A stretch of 63,958 nt of DNA, the filler included, from Klebsormidium nitens (taxonomy: Eukaryota > Plantae > Klebsormidiophyceae), in NCBI GenBank assembly GCA_000708835.1. It is 6 parts of 6 records of this genome, joined end to end, with 100 filler letters (N's around TTAATTAATTAA, not from the genome) between each part and the next. Parts side by side here need not be neighbours in the genome. Positions count along the whole stretch, not along the records: positions 20,691 to 52,505 come from DF237750.1; positions 52,606 to 58,042 come from DF238423.1; positions 58,143 to 63,958 come from DF238304.1; 3 more parts are not named here. The stretch is one strand, 5' to 3'. Positions within the stretch are counted from its first letter, which is position 1. Every line of letters begins with the position of its first letter. A program made the translations under genes and the position numbers. The notes beneath the pieces were generated by a model. It was not told the origin of the DNA. It saw nothing but the letters and a program-made list of their open reading frames with translations, and did no database searches. Shown piece after piece: positions 45,577 to 58,735 of the stretch.

Positions 45577-47223
45577 CTTTACACGAGAACCTTTCAGGAA
45601 TCAGGAGGGTTGCTTTTGTGGAGACAAGAAAACACTCTACCTAAACTAACAAATGCCCTGGGTTCAAAGGTAGTCCTGTTCAATTGCTTGATGTTTATAT
45701 ACCCCTGATCGCTTGCTATACACCTGAAAACCCTCCTAACGACTTGTAGTCCCTGCACCAGCCAAACACCCTTCTAACAAACCCCCCTGCAAAACCCCCA
45801 GCACTGGTGCAGGCTCAAGCAATCATCCTGCTGGGGTTGGATCCAAGCTAACAGCCAGGGCTTTACTAAAAGGCAGCCGTCTCCACGACTTGTTCTCCAG
45901 AATCCATTCGAGCGGAGAGCTAGAAGAAGTTGGACTGGTCCCAGAAACCATGGCAGCTGCACCAAGTTACACACAGCAACGACACACACACGCCATGCTT
46001 GTATATAACAGGTTGGTTGCTTTTTGATGGATGTCAAATGTGGGGCACAGAAAATCCTGCACAAGCTCACGAGACAGGAGTTTCGACAGTTGCTGGAGGA
46101 TTAGCAACAGCAGATTTCTTCAAATGCAGCTGAAAAGCTCTCGAAGGGACTCCTTCCTTATCTTTTTGGTCCCTGGATCGTTCTTGCCACCACGCAGGGC
46201 CAGCAAACCGCTGGCCTGCAGGCAGCACCCCGCGAGCTAGCGCCACCCTCATCCATCTGGCAGCGCCGCCATTATAGAATGCTCCGCATACGTTTAGCAC
46301 GAAGCCAGGTTCGATGAATCAAGCAAGGAGTGTGAATTCTGGAGCGTCTGGGCGACATGATGACTCCGGTGCGGACGGCGCAGCCAATGATCTGGCGTAT
46401 GCTGACGTCGTCAAGTGATCGGCGTGCTGCGGACTTCTGGACCGTGCTTTTCGGCCTAAAAGTTCGTGATGCACGTCCGCAAGAGCACTCCCTTCGAGTC
46501 GATCACGTTGACCAGTGTGAGTCCATGTGAGTCGTGACTCCCTTGCAGTCTGCGCAGATCAGGCAAGAGGCACAGAACTTGTGAACTCCTATCGAAATTC
46601 CGGTTCCCCTCCGGTTCACAGGTTCACAAGTGTTGGCCGTTATGCACTGAGCCTGGCAGTGGTGGCCCGGGCCCCGGGGCTCAAATTGAATCAGAGGGGA
46701 AAAGGCTAAAAGGGCCATGAGATTCATGAGATCGCGAGTCCCGTGTCGCGAGTCGGGCACCGCGAAGAGGGTAAGTTCAGACGATGGCCATGCAACGGCA
46801 GTATGAGTCGACTTCAATCGAGAAAGTCTCTTTCTAGTAAGCAGTGTTCAATAGCATAACAAGGTCATCTTAATTTGCGAGGTTTCCCATTCTAAGAACC
46901 CAGGTGATAATCTGCCCTTTGGCGCAGGCTTCCACGAAATACATGTAGGCTTTCAGGTCGAATTCGTTGCAAGCACGGGGTACCATGTAAACTTCTGCCA
47001 TGCTTAAAATTAACGCGGAATGATGTACTTCGCATGCGTAATGATCAACACAACAATTCGAAAGGTCCAAGTGTACATGCATGGTTGTCTTGGGGCTGTC
47101 AAGCTTCAGAACTTTGATCCACTCTGTCTTGATATTATATAGCAGATTGCAAATTCCATAATGGTACTTCTCCTTTTGCTTCTCGGCTGGCATACAATGA
47201 ACCATCTTAATGAAAGTGCTCGG

Positions 47224-50200
47224 CTACACAGAGTCTGGCTTGGTTCCGTTCCTGAAACAGTTCCTGAAACCGTTCCTGATAGCCGCTTCTAATTCGGACA
47301 TCTCCGTTCGCTTTTCTCTTGCATACTTGATCCGTCGAGCCCGCCCCAAGTCAAGAAAGACGCACTTTCTTCCATTCTGTACAACGATATTACAAGCCCT
47401 AGCATCTCCATGGATGTACCCCTTCTTGTGAATCTCTTGCAAAGCATTCCGGGCAGCTGCGGCCACTTCCTTTGTGATTTGGGCCTCGTCGAATCGGCTT
47501 CCTTCTACAAACTTCGTGACCAGTAATCTATCCTTCCCCATGTTGACTTTGCCAGCGAATAGCTTCTCTGGTATCACAGACCCTTGCAACGACTTAAGTG
47601 CTTCTAGACATCGGCTCTCGTTTTCAATCTCCTTCTTCACCCAAACGTCCTTGTCGGCGATGACTAATTTCGCAGCGACTTTCACCCCTTTTATCCTGCA
47701 GCCGATCAATCGCATGTCAGCAATGCGACAACTCAACGACTTGCATATGAAGACCAGGTAAGGACCGACTTTGTGCCATGGCTGGAGGAAAGAGGTGTCA
47801 AACCTGACTTCGGGGTCAACCAAAGAGTACCCCTTCAACAGTAAGAAACCACTAACCCCCACAAAGGAATCAAACTCCAGGCTCGTTGTGTTAAGTCAAA
47901 GAACTGTATTAAGCTCAAAGAACTGCCCCAGTCCAAACAGCCAAGAGAATCTTCGGTTGCATTACTTTTTGAAAAGGGGGAGCCAGTGAAGCAAAAGAAT
48001 AGTTTTATGTATATCAATACAATGAGACTCTCGATCCTCTTGCCTCAACTCGCGGCCTTCGGATCGGAGAGATAAACACGGCCGTAGCGGACTGTAACGA
48101 AATTCGTCAAGGATTATGTCGATAACGCTCAATGAATAACCTGCTTGACAATATCAAGACACCACTTTCACCCCATGTCGAGTCGTTACTAGTAGTGAGA
48201 CACACCTGCCAATGCGGACCAGTGAGTTACCGTGCACGGCTGGCTCCGTGTCGACGAATTCGCGCAGCAGCTCGTCCCCATTTGTCTCATCGCCAGAGGC
48301 CCAAACCCCGCTCACTGAAGACGTGGGACCGTTGGAGCTTGAATCGTCTTCAAACCGACTTGCTATAACCCCGTGCTCGAACCCACCTGATTGCGTTCCT
48401 TCCCTGGCAGACGCCGCCCTTGCTGCGTCCTCCTCTTCGTCCTCCTTCCTCTGCCTCTCGGAGACCAGTCGTTCGTGGACGAGCGCAAAAACGACCTGCG
48501 CAGAAACCAAGAGCATGAAGCCAAACAGGGAATACCGTTCCGGGAATTTATGGCGAGAACAGAGATGAGCTCGCACCTTCTGTCGACCAAGTACAAGCTG
48601 GCCGAGGAGCTGCCAGAACATCGAAGACGCCCTTGAAGAAACTGCACCGAACCACCAAGAGCCCTCCTGACGAGGGGAAATAAAAGAATCTGGACTGCTA
48701 GGGACATTGCTCTCAATGATCCACCAACTTTACTTGTGGGCCACATCAGCTTCGCACGAGATCAGCTCCATTGACAATAGAGTCGGCGCCGCCGGACAAG
48801 CAAAGAAAACCCGGACGGAGTCCACCGGATCACAAAACAAGCGTCGAATCTCACTGTACGTTCCAAGAAAGCTCGGCTCATCTGAGGCAGACCTCTCTAT
48901 CTGCCCGCAATTGAAGCTTTCGACATGTATCAACTCCGTACTTGTGTAGATGAAAAAGTCCATCGTACGTTCGGCAAGACCTACAAATCTTTTTGATGAA
49001 GTCAAGTCTTACCTCGGCCATGGACGGCTTCGTGTCGCTTGCTGTGACCGGCTCGCCGATGCACACCACCAAATTGTTGGGATCCGAGTTTCCCAATTCA
49101 ACCTCCCACAGCACTTTGCGCGTGTACAAGATCCCCGTCTCCAGGCCGTCGTCCACAAGGTGCTGCGCAAGCTCTCCCACTGCGTGCTTGGCTTCCGCGC
49201 TGCGTAAGGAAACGTTACATTCCTAGATAGTATTTGGCGAAATGAGAAACCACTTCTGTGTGATCTCTTGGCTTTTAAAGCTTCTCCTGATCCTCGCCCG
49301 AAACATAAGATAACCTACCACTTGCATCCTGGATGGGTACAGGCATGCCTCTGATCTGCTTGAGACGAAGCTGACATGAATCTCGAGAAATGCAGGGAAA
49401 CATTGTTGCCACTCTCTCAGATGCTATCTACTCAAAGGCATGTAAGAGCACCGACCACGGTTACAAGTATAACTCGTGGGGCAACATCACACAGCAATAA
49501 TCCACAAGTTGAATGAGAAGCGAGAGCTTCCGGCTTTGACGAGCGACAAGCAAAGATGCTCTCAGACAAAAAGGTCCTTTCTCAATCATAAGCTGCTACA
49601 ACCTTTGCTAGTGACCGGACTGAACAACTTACCTCAATGTGTCCCAATCATGACCGAGACTCAGCTCTCCGCTGGCTACCTTCTCCTCGTCAAAGCCTTC
49701 GGTGAAGACACCATACTCTTTGCCCACAAAATCGAGTAACGATTCGGGCCTGCATGCAAGCGAGTTGTTGATGTTGTGCCAATCTGCACAAGACCACCGC
49801 TGCTTTCAGGCGTTCGGCTCAAAAAACAGCCTCAGTCGGTTCGACTTGATTGACCTGTGTCTGTGGCAGAACACAACAAAACGACAATTCAGGAAGCAGG
49901 CCCAAAATTGCAATTCTGGAGGAGAAGCCGCTGCTCAAAACAGCGTTCTTTCTGGGGACAAGGAAAGCAGTAGCTTATGGTTGGCATCCTTCCAAGAGTG
50001 CGCGACATAGAAAGAATGATGCAGCCTTCTTTGTAAAAAGGAAAAGCACACTAACACTTCAAGGCACGAGCAAATGACAAGAAGCACTGAATCGTCGACA
50101 CGACAGGCGTGATTTACGAGGCTCCACAACTCAGCAAAGCCGAAGTCACGAACAAAAATAGAAGTTCCGTGTCAGTTTTTTCGCCTCACCAGACTGATCA

Positions 50201-52175
50201 GAAAGGCACGCTTACTTTGGGTCATACGCGCCGTCGTCATTCCACGCTCGAAGGAGCATATTGTCTGGCCGATCCCACTTTGAACCGTTGGTCCCACTGC
50301 GATGCCAGATACGACTAAGCCTTTCCGTGGCCGCCTTCGAATGCTTCAGGGGGTTTGGCAGAATAGCGTACTGCCCAAAGTATAGTCAGAAAATTGACGT
50401 AACACCTGTGGATGGTGGAGCGGCACATCAGCATGCTTGCCTCAATCAAGATATGCAAACACCCCCTAATAACAAAGAACACAGAGAACAAAACGGCTAA
50501 TGCAATGGTTTCAAGCTTTTGGGACACTAGAAATCACAGGACTCCAAGTGGTGAGACTACTTAAAGCGAACTGTTGCAAAGGTGGAAACGTAGCAAAACG
50601 ATGTGCAAGCTTGAAAGAGACGCTGAAGATGAGGAAGATGTGAGCATTACACTCTCAATACATAATCACTTTTCTGCGGACCGCATTTGCACAGGAAAAT
50701 ACAAGAGATCCCTCAGTCCATGAAACAGACAAAGATTGTAAGGTCATGTTCAATTAGGAAATGATTTGGGTGCAGGCATATGCGATGCTCGAACTTACGA
50801 AGTTGACGACGTCAAAGACGGTGAGCTGCATGTCGTCGTTCGAGATGGCCTCGGACTGGATGGGCGTCGGCCTTGGAAAGTAGGAAGGTAACAGCATCGG
50901 ACACGACTCGATCTTTGACAGGTCCATCATCACGCCAGCTTTGAAGGCACCCGAAAGAACTCTCGCTACCGTTCTGTAAGGAGAATAAAGAGGATTCACC
51001 GACCAACAAAGTATCCTTCTTATTTCCGGGAGTCCAAAACAACACGACCTTAGTGGTGCTTTCCCAGCAGATTTACCCCCTATCTTTACACGGTTGGTTT
51101 ATTTCAAATTTGACAGCTTGTTCTAGAATCAGATTGAGCACAAAGTCTCGAAAGGTCCGGCACTCCTTTTTTCAGGTGAAATTGTGATTGCGAAGCTTGC
51201 GTTTGTTCAAACCTCCTTGAGGTGCTATTTGATGCTTCTTAGTCAGGTAACACCCCGAGAGGGCAGAAGGGCCATAGTCTCCCTTATGAGCAGCTCAACC
51301 AAAAGTAGACTCCAGTCCACCACAAGCTATTCACGAATGCCAGAAGCATCCTCAAGGGACCCCCCAAAATGAGAGCAGCAGAGTCAAGTTTTGCCAGCGC
51401 AAGATCACCGTGCTTACAAGCGGCGCACTTGGTTAGGGGCAGCACCACCGACGACCATCATCGCGTCGCCCAACGGTTCTGCAAGACGTGTTTTGAAGTC
51501 CACCGGGGGCCCGTCTGCATAGATGAGTAGGTACACTAATTATCAGCAGCCTTGTGAGCAACAGACAAACATGGAATCAAGACAACGGTCACAGCGACCA
51601 GATGGCAGAACCTTTGTAAGGTTTGTCTGGGGGCTTGGGGCTCACAAAGTTCCCAAAAGTACAACCGTTGAATTCTCAAGGTGCCCTCTTTTAAGAGGCT
51701 TCCAAATTCAATTGCGTTCTAGGGACAACAACTTTGCTCACATGGAGGAGTCACCAGGGCTGATAGCGATTGGCTGACATGAAGATTGGCTCAGATGCCT
51801 TTTTGGACACAATTACAAACTCGCCCTGACGCCGATTGAGAGTGCTGATAACACAGTGAACTGCCCTTCACACAACCAACCCATTTGGAGAAATAACAAT
51901 CCTTTTCAATCATAACATTCCTTCCCCACCAGGTCATTATAAACCTCTAATTTGCCACCTGATTGGGTCACTTTTGCACCGTGCTTTCTCACAGCCTTCT
52001 TATCTAAGAGACCGGTGGCGGGACTGACGGACTGCAATACTATCCCCATCACCTTGCAGGACCAAATCATTCAGAACTTTGTGAGGCTATTGTACGTACC
52101 TGGGAGGACAGTGCTGCCATGCACCAACAGCTCTTGGTCCCGCTGTCGCTTCCCGTTGGAGAGTACAGCCTCTTC
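47224..52175 (-). CDS. Crinkler-like REase-fold + protein kinase-like gene, 5' end unresolved; exons 52100-52175, 51418-51478, 50799-50973, 50216-50370, 49633-49749, 49013-49199, 48206-48495, 47224-47695
   Basis: Eight phase-consistent GT-AG exons. Kinase motifs VAAK, ENESRCLEALKSLQGSVIP, IHKKGYIHGDARACN and DLG. The N-terminal part has RPD and HAVGELAQHLVDDGLETGILYTRKVLW...CIGEPV...PSMAE, resembling PD-(D/E)xK modules that precede such kinases. Confidence 0.75.
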
Positions 52176-52505
52176 CTGTTTTCTCTTTTCATGCTTTTCC
52201 ATGGTGAAGCACTTGCGAGAAACTCAGGGGTGCGTAGCCTGACCGCTCTAGGTCCTTGGAACCAAGCCCAATGTTCTGCAGCGGTCTACAATGACACCAG
52301 TCGCAACAAACTGCCGATGCTGCTTTATGCTAATCTTGCCTGGGTGCCTGATGGTTTAGGTAAACATGCAAGGAGAAATGTTACTTGGGACACCTCAGAG
52401 ACTTTTTGCATTGCACCCTGCATGCGTTCTTAGAACTGTACCAGCTTGCAGATCTCAATTGGAAGGGCCTACCAAATAGAGTTCGGCATTATCTGAACGG
52501 TCCAG

Positions 52506-52605
52506 NNNNNNNNNNNNNNNNNNNNNNNNNNNNNNNNNNNNNNNNNNNNTTAATTAATTAANNNNNNNNNNNNNNNNNNNNNNNNNNNNNNNNNNNNNNN
52601 NNNNN
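52506..52605. other. Artificial contig linker
   Basis: N44-TTAATTAATTAA-N44. Confidence 0.98.
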
Positions 52606-54989
52606 ACGAGAGCTCGTCCTCGAGGCTGGAGCAGACCCGATTGGATTCCTCCTGAGCAATGTCAATATAACGGGTGAGTATTTGTACGTTGCAAACTATA
52701 TTGAATAAATCTCCAGCAACGCGGGTCTTCATTGGGCGCACGAAGAAGTGTGTCCGTGTAAAGGTCGGATATATCTTCATGAAGAGATAAAGGGTGCAGA
52801 CTGAAGTTATTTCCCAGATAACGACCTAAGAATCGGGCTTCATTGTAGCTCCTGTCATGCTAAAATGCCGCGGTGAGAGGAGATTTTGTGACCTGTCCGG
52901 CTCGTACATTCCCTCCACCATGCCCTTTCTAAGAGCACGCATCGTAATTTTGCACCTTAAATTTGAAGCTTAGGAATACTGCGCTTGTAAGTTCGTCTGG
53001 CATGATTGGAGCATCTTCGATCTCTCAGTTTGCCACCAATTAAACACCAAACATTCCAAGCTCAAACATCCAACCTTCAGCGCTAAAAGTACGCCCACCT
53101 TAGCAAGCGCCATTCGTCTTTCGTAATCTAGTTGCAGTTCCGCCTGTTTTTTGGTCGCTAGCCGTTCCGTTTCTTCCGCCCGCTCTTCCGCTTCCGCTCG
53201 GGCGGCCGCCCCCCGGGCATACCGCGCCAGCAAATAGAAGCACTGCAGCCGTACCTGACGGAGCCCAGAGGAAGCGAACCGGTCAGAAGACCTGTGTTTC
53301 CAAAATACTCTTCACGGAACTTTTATCCGCAATGAACCTTGAGCAGAACTTCGTTTTACTCTGGCAGACACAACTCCTTTACTTCTGATGTCTTAGCTGT
53401 CTGAAAGGTTAGTCAATATTCTTAGTCGATTCAAACAACGAACATTGATGACCCTACGTTTTCCTTCATCGAGCTTCCAGCAGGTTTTGATGAGGCTCCA
53501 ATAGGCTTCTGATGATTTTAAAAGTCAGGCAGAAGTAGGAGGAGGTGGGTCTCTCCGCGTCTTCTCGAGCACCTCAAGAACCTCGGTTTGATACGGCGTC
53601 TTTTTCTTGGTGGTGGGACTAGTTTACAAGCTAGAAGGACGAGAATTCATAAGGCGAACCAGAAAAGTCCAGAGCTGGAATGGTCAAACATTGTTTGTAC
53701 TATGCGAGTGCAAAGTGATCCCCACCCCAAATACAAACAAATACAAATACATATACAAAATACAAACTTAAGCACTGGTAAAAGAGGCTTTACCTGCTTG
53801 GCACGTGCTGCATTGTCCTCCTCTGTTTTTTCAAGCTCCTTCTCTCTGTGCCGAGCCCTTACCAGCTCTTTCTCCGATGCCTCTAGCCGTTTGTCCCACG
53901 CCTGTGGAGAGAAGATCCAGCAGTCACAATCTCATTGGGCCCTTTTGAAACCACGTTCCTGGCCTTTAGAGGGGGAAAGTGACCTCGGCTCGTCCCATGT
54001 GACCCTTGACACGGCAAAAGCAACAGTCAGTGTCACATGGCCCGTTCGTACACTCCTATGATGTTTGTGCGCTATGCATCAACAAGCTGTCTAACTGGTT
54101 AAGGAATGTCTTGATTTAAAGGCTTTCTTTTGGGACCTCTTCAAAAGTCCCGGTGTGAAAGCTGTGGGAATTCGGCAAGGAGTGGAGTCGTAAGAAAACG
54201 CTGAAGGTCCTCAGGTCGTGGGTTGTTGAGGTTTCTGAGCTCCTAGAGAACCTGAACCACAAGCTTGGTGATGTTTCAGGAAGACTTCTTCTGAAACACT
54301 CATAGCTTTTCAGCTCCCGAAAAAATGCAAGCCATGGAGCTTGATGTCCATTCCAGACTTATTGAAGAAAGGTGCGATGGCTCCAGATCTACTACAGGTA
54401 CTAGATCCTGCTGCGCTGAACCTGGGCCGTTCGATGGATAGCCTCTGGATCTTTGAACAAATCATCTCCTGCAAATCGGGCAAGATTTTGTGATCAGTTC
54501 CAAACCGCCTTGGGTCAAGCGGCCAGGTTTGACCGCACCTGCAGTAGCAGGCGGTCGTTAGTGCAGGAAAGCACGTTAGATGGACACATTCTCTTTCGAG
54601 CATGTGGGTCCCTCAATCCCTTCATCGGAACCCCAAGGCCCTCAGCACACAAACCGGCTGACATGCTCCAGAACTTGACAACGTTTGCATTTCACAAACG
54701 GGTTTAGCCCTCTTCCACAAGAGCTTTTGGCAACTGACCACGGATGGCTATGGGCTGGCAATGGGCTGGTTAAATAGTGGTTGTACTATGTCCGATATTC
54801 AGACTTGAGCAGTAAGCAGCCTTATAACATGGCTATTAAACCCACGGTTGATTGTCGAATAACCCGCGAAGTAGATTCGTCTGGTTAACAACCAAACCTT
54901 CCTTTTCTGCAGATCGCCCGCACCCACTTTCTCCCCCTTACCTCGTTCGCCTCCTGCAGCTCCCCTTGCGCCTCCTCCCCCGCCCAGAT
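52606..54989 (-). CDS. Coiled-coil protein of unknown function, partial; exons 54942-54989 (tentative), 53794-53901, 53099-53254, <52606-52651
   Basis: All phase-0 GT-AG exons: AWDKRLEASEKELVRARHREKELEK / ARAEAEERAEETERLATKKQAELQLDYERRMALAK / EESNRVCSSLEDELS. Confidence 0.5.
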
Positions 54990-56377
54990 CTTCTTTTTGC
55001 ACGACAAGTATGAAAATTGCTCGGTTAGATTGTTGGTCAGCTTGACTCTTTAATCTTGTTGCAGCGCAGCCATCCTGAATCAGTATCTTATCTCATGAGA
55101 TATTTTCTGGGTTAGCATTCTTAGCCTCTTTTCATCTGCAGCAACATCGTGGACCAGTATTACAAGAGCGGGTACATTTAGGAGCAGTATAAGTACAGCG
55201 ACGAAGGGGATGGCAAAGGTTCACATCCGTTTACCGGGTGATCTGCCCCTGGTTGTTCTTATGATGGCGGACCAATTAGCATAGCTTGCGTTGGTACAAG
55301 CAAACTACGTGTCGATTATGCATAGTAACGGGCAGCACAGACGACAAATCAAGCTCTGTTTATTCCTCTATGCTGATGGGAACGAGAAATTTCTGTCGCT
55401 TGCCGATAGCAACTCATGTAAACGCCAAAGATTGCAAGGGCCAATGAGTTACATGAGATGCGGGGACCGCAAGGTGAATCTGCGTGAATCCGACGAGTCT
55501 GATCGACCATTCGCTGCCGTCAACTGATTCTAAGGTTGATCGACGCTGGCTCGACGGACCTAACGGTCCCTCTGCATATATGCGAATGTCGGATTGAGGG
55601 CCGAGATTGGCCTCAATTGATTTCTCGATCATGCACTGGGCCGGGCAGGATCGAGCTAAAGCTAATTACGTGAATGCATGATTGCCATTGAGATGAGTGA
55701 TTATGCCGTATATGTACGTCGGCGAGCACCGCAGTACGCAGGTCAACGTTCCAACTACGCTGACCGTCGTTCCCGGCTATGCATGATAACTATGTGCGAA
55801 ACATGCACTCCATTTGTGGCAGCCGGCGAGGAACGCATTCACGTGGCCGGGCCCGCATGCATTTCTGCGCCATGCCTGTCTACGTTGATCGTCAGGAACC
55901 TGAAACCTGATTGAAAACGTTCTAGAATTCACTCACAAGATCATTTCCTTCAAATTTTCTGTAAATAGTCATACATGGATTGGTTGGGTTTCCTAGCTAG
56001 CCTGCCTGGCTGATCGACAGTCATGCCGTTAGATGTCCTGGCACCGCCGCCCGGTCGGCGTGCAAGTTGAGCCCGCGGGCCTGGCCCGCCTGGCCGGGCA
56101 CATGTCAATTATACAGTATGGACTGAGACAGCCGTTGAACGTTCAACGATACTGTGCCGATTGACCGTTATCTACACATACATCAAACTTACGTCAGATC
56201 TGACACTGATTGTGCTACTACGCAAGGGATCGAGGTTCTCTTGAAGCTCCCGGACACTACCGGATATCTCTCAGTAACCTAATTACTCCTGATTTTGCAC
56301 TTAGTTTGGGCCGCCAATGTATCAAGGCTCACGCTATCGATCTTGACCAGACCCGTACGATGTAGCTATACAGAACA

Positions 56378-56881
56378 TTACGACTCCAAGGGCAGCAACT
56401 TCTGCAAGAAAGGGACCAACTTCAAGGGCAGCCTGTAAAATTTTGGCAGCGTCTTTCTGTCGCCCTGCTTCCTCCCTTTGCTTGCCCGCTTTGCTCCCGT
56501 TTCACTTTCCACATCTCTCACAGAGACAACTTTGAGCCGGCGCCCTTTTGCAATTACTGGAACAAAGACCTTGTCGCGTCTGCTCTGCGACAGTTGTGCT
56601 GCGCACTCGAGACACCTCTTCTGGTACTCCCCATCGTAGTTGGTTAGGTACCGGCCACGTGTCACGTCCGGACCGTCGTGCGTCCGATGACAGACCACAA
56701 AAACCCCTTCCATGAGCACGGCTCTCCTTCCCTCGGGCTTGTACAGCACAAGCGGTTTGTCCGGTTCGTACGCGGTGCGTACCGGGAGCGACTCAGAGTT
56801 CCGGACGTCCCGTGGAAAGTACTCGGTGCCCATCAGCCGGGGGATCCTCCTTGGGCCGCATCGGAACCATTTCTGGGGTCC
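56378..56881 (-). CDS. Terminal exon of an unknown protein (168 codons)
   Basis: Good acceptor (cttactttgcag), open globular-looking frame. No confident family. Confidence 0.5.
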   Translation of the reverse strand, partial: GPQKWFRCGPRRIPRLMGTEYFPRDVRNSESLPVRTAYEPDKPLVLYKPEGRRAVLMEGVFVVCHRTHDGPDVTRGRYLTNYDGEYQKRCLECAAQLSQSRRDKVFVPVIAKGRRLKVVSVRDVESETGAKRASKGRKQGDRKTLPKFYRLPLKLVPFLQKLLPLES

Positions 56882-58042
56882 CTGCAAAGTAAGGTGTAAG
56901 CTTCAAGAGGACGCTTGTGCTGGAATTATAATCCAGATGCGTCGAATGTCAGATTTTCCTACCGCCCAGAGAACTTTGGAGAAGCGCCGACGGCCCGTGT
57001 TGCTTTTGTTCCTTTTCTCCTATCGAGCGTCTCACCTTCACTGACACCTTTCGATTACCTTCATCTTTTGGCAGTGGCAGAAAGCACCTGCTTACGGAAC
57101 GATCCAGCCCTGTTGACAGCAGATAGAAATGATACACCAAAGCCTCTTCAAAACCTAAATTACGATAACCCATCAACTGAAAGGTTGCCCAGTATACGAA
57201 TCACCGATTGGGATGCCAAAAAGACACGACGGACTTGCCTTCTCATGGGAGCTTTCGAGTCAGTCGCTTCCTCCCTAGAATGAAGAGGAACCTCTCTTCC
57301 CTCTGACAAAGATGTAAAAGAACTGAACAGATCCGTTTGGCAATATGTAGGCCATGATTGTGATGACTCAAATCTCTACTTCTCAGCAGTTCGACTGACG
57401 GAACGAGATCGACAGCTGGCTCCGTCCAGGGTTGACAATCACTTGGAAAAGCGCCTTGCGAAATAACAGGCATCAAAGAACACGAAGCAAAGAAGCTCTC
57501 AAACTTCGTGAACCCCTGTCCACTTTTCAGATGAAGCAAGACAGCTAGCGGTTCGTGTGCGGCAATCTATGGCGAATAGAATCCAATCCACCACCGAACA
57601 AATCTCGGAGAACTTACAAAAGGTATTGAGCCATTTATCAAGCTTTAAGACTTCGGCACCGCAGATAAGCTTTCCTATGTGCCTTTGCTCCCTTTCACTG
57701 TGCTCGCAAGAGAGTTGGGCTGTCTACATCGATACCAAAATCTGCTTGAAACTAGCCGCGAGGCAAGTTAGGCAAGGGAAAGAGACTCACGTCACAGCAT
57801 CTGTGAGGGCATCTCAGGTTCAATTCGAAGAAATGCAGAAAATAACTTCTGCAGGTCCTCCTGTACTTCGAATAGGTCAAAGTCCTCTAAGCCGGACTTA
57901 GATGGCGCTTAAGTGGGAGCCCTCCCTTTAAGGCTCTAACCTCGTGAAAGTCTGCTTTGTCTCTCTCAATGGTTCATGATCAGGATCGGAACCCACATGC
58001 AGTTTCAAAGCATGAACGGTTCAAACCCTGACATCCACAGAA

Positions 58043-58142
58043 NNNNNNNNNNNNNNNNNNNNNNNNNNNNNNNNNNNNNNNNNNNNTTAATTAATTAANN
58101 NNNNNNNNNNNNNNNNNNNNNNNNNNNNNNNNNNNNNNNNNN
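58043..58142. other. Artificial contig linker
   Basis: N44-TTAATTAATTAA-N44. Confidence 0.98.
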
Positions 58143-58162
58143 CTCTACCATGAGTTTCAACA
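58143..58162. mobile_element. Terminus of the same copia LTR family at the contig edge
   Basis: ctaccatgagtttcaaca is identical to 8806-8823. Confidence 0.7.
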
Positions 58163-58735
58163 ACTATCAACGACCCTACTTGGAAGCTTTGAGGGATCAC
58201 CGTTTGGGACCACGTGTTAAAGCCCCTCACGATACTGAGCATTTTGCAACCGTCTTGTAAAACTTGCTCCTTTGTCTAAATTCGCGTGTAGGACACATGG
58301 AGGTACCGGCCGAACAGAGTCATGAAGGGTTTCTCCTGCGCAAGCTCCGCTAAAACGTCCCACTCTCATTCTGAAAGCATACGAGCCCCTTCACGGGCCA
58401 AGTGGGAGAGCGTCATGGTTGGAGGGGGAGGGGTCGCAACCGTCTCATGCGCGAGGGCCAGAAGAGCCTCTCCCGCTTGATGCGCGGCCAGAGCCAATGC
58501 GCGTCGGGATCCACTGCCCGTGCTCGAGACCTCCGCGATGGCGAAGTCGCCAGTCTCTATGGTGGCTGCTAAGGCCTCCCTAAACCTCGTGAGGCTGTCA
58601 AAGAAAAGGACGTCACACGAATCAGATTGACTCGCTCGAGCGGCCGGGGGTACCGCAAGCTACTACAATCTACCTCATACGGGCATGCTAGCCGCTTATA
58701 GCTATTCGTTTGTTTGCTAGGGTCTATGGATTTCC

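Noticed and set aside
46870-47205. 111-aa ORF just downstream of the kinase stop, containing YGIC..Y...W and SMAEV
   Set aside because: Similarity to the REase exon is only five residues and nucleotides differ; likely 3'UTR or intergenic
53530-53620. KKKTPYQTEVLEV, homeodomain-like peptide in an intron of the coiled-coil gene
   Set aside because: Short, followed by a stop, and no helix-3 WF.N signature
57540-57680. LICGAEVLKLDKW resembling a nucleotidyltransferase (NMNAT/NadD) motif
   Set aside because: The frame contains stops and there is no HxGH motif; insufficient support
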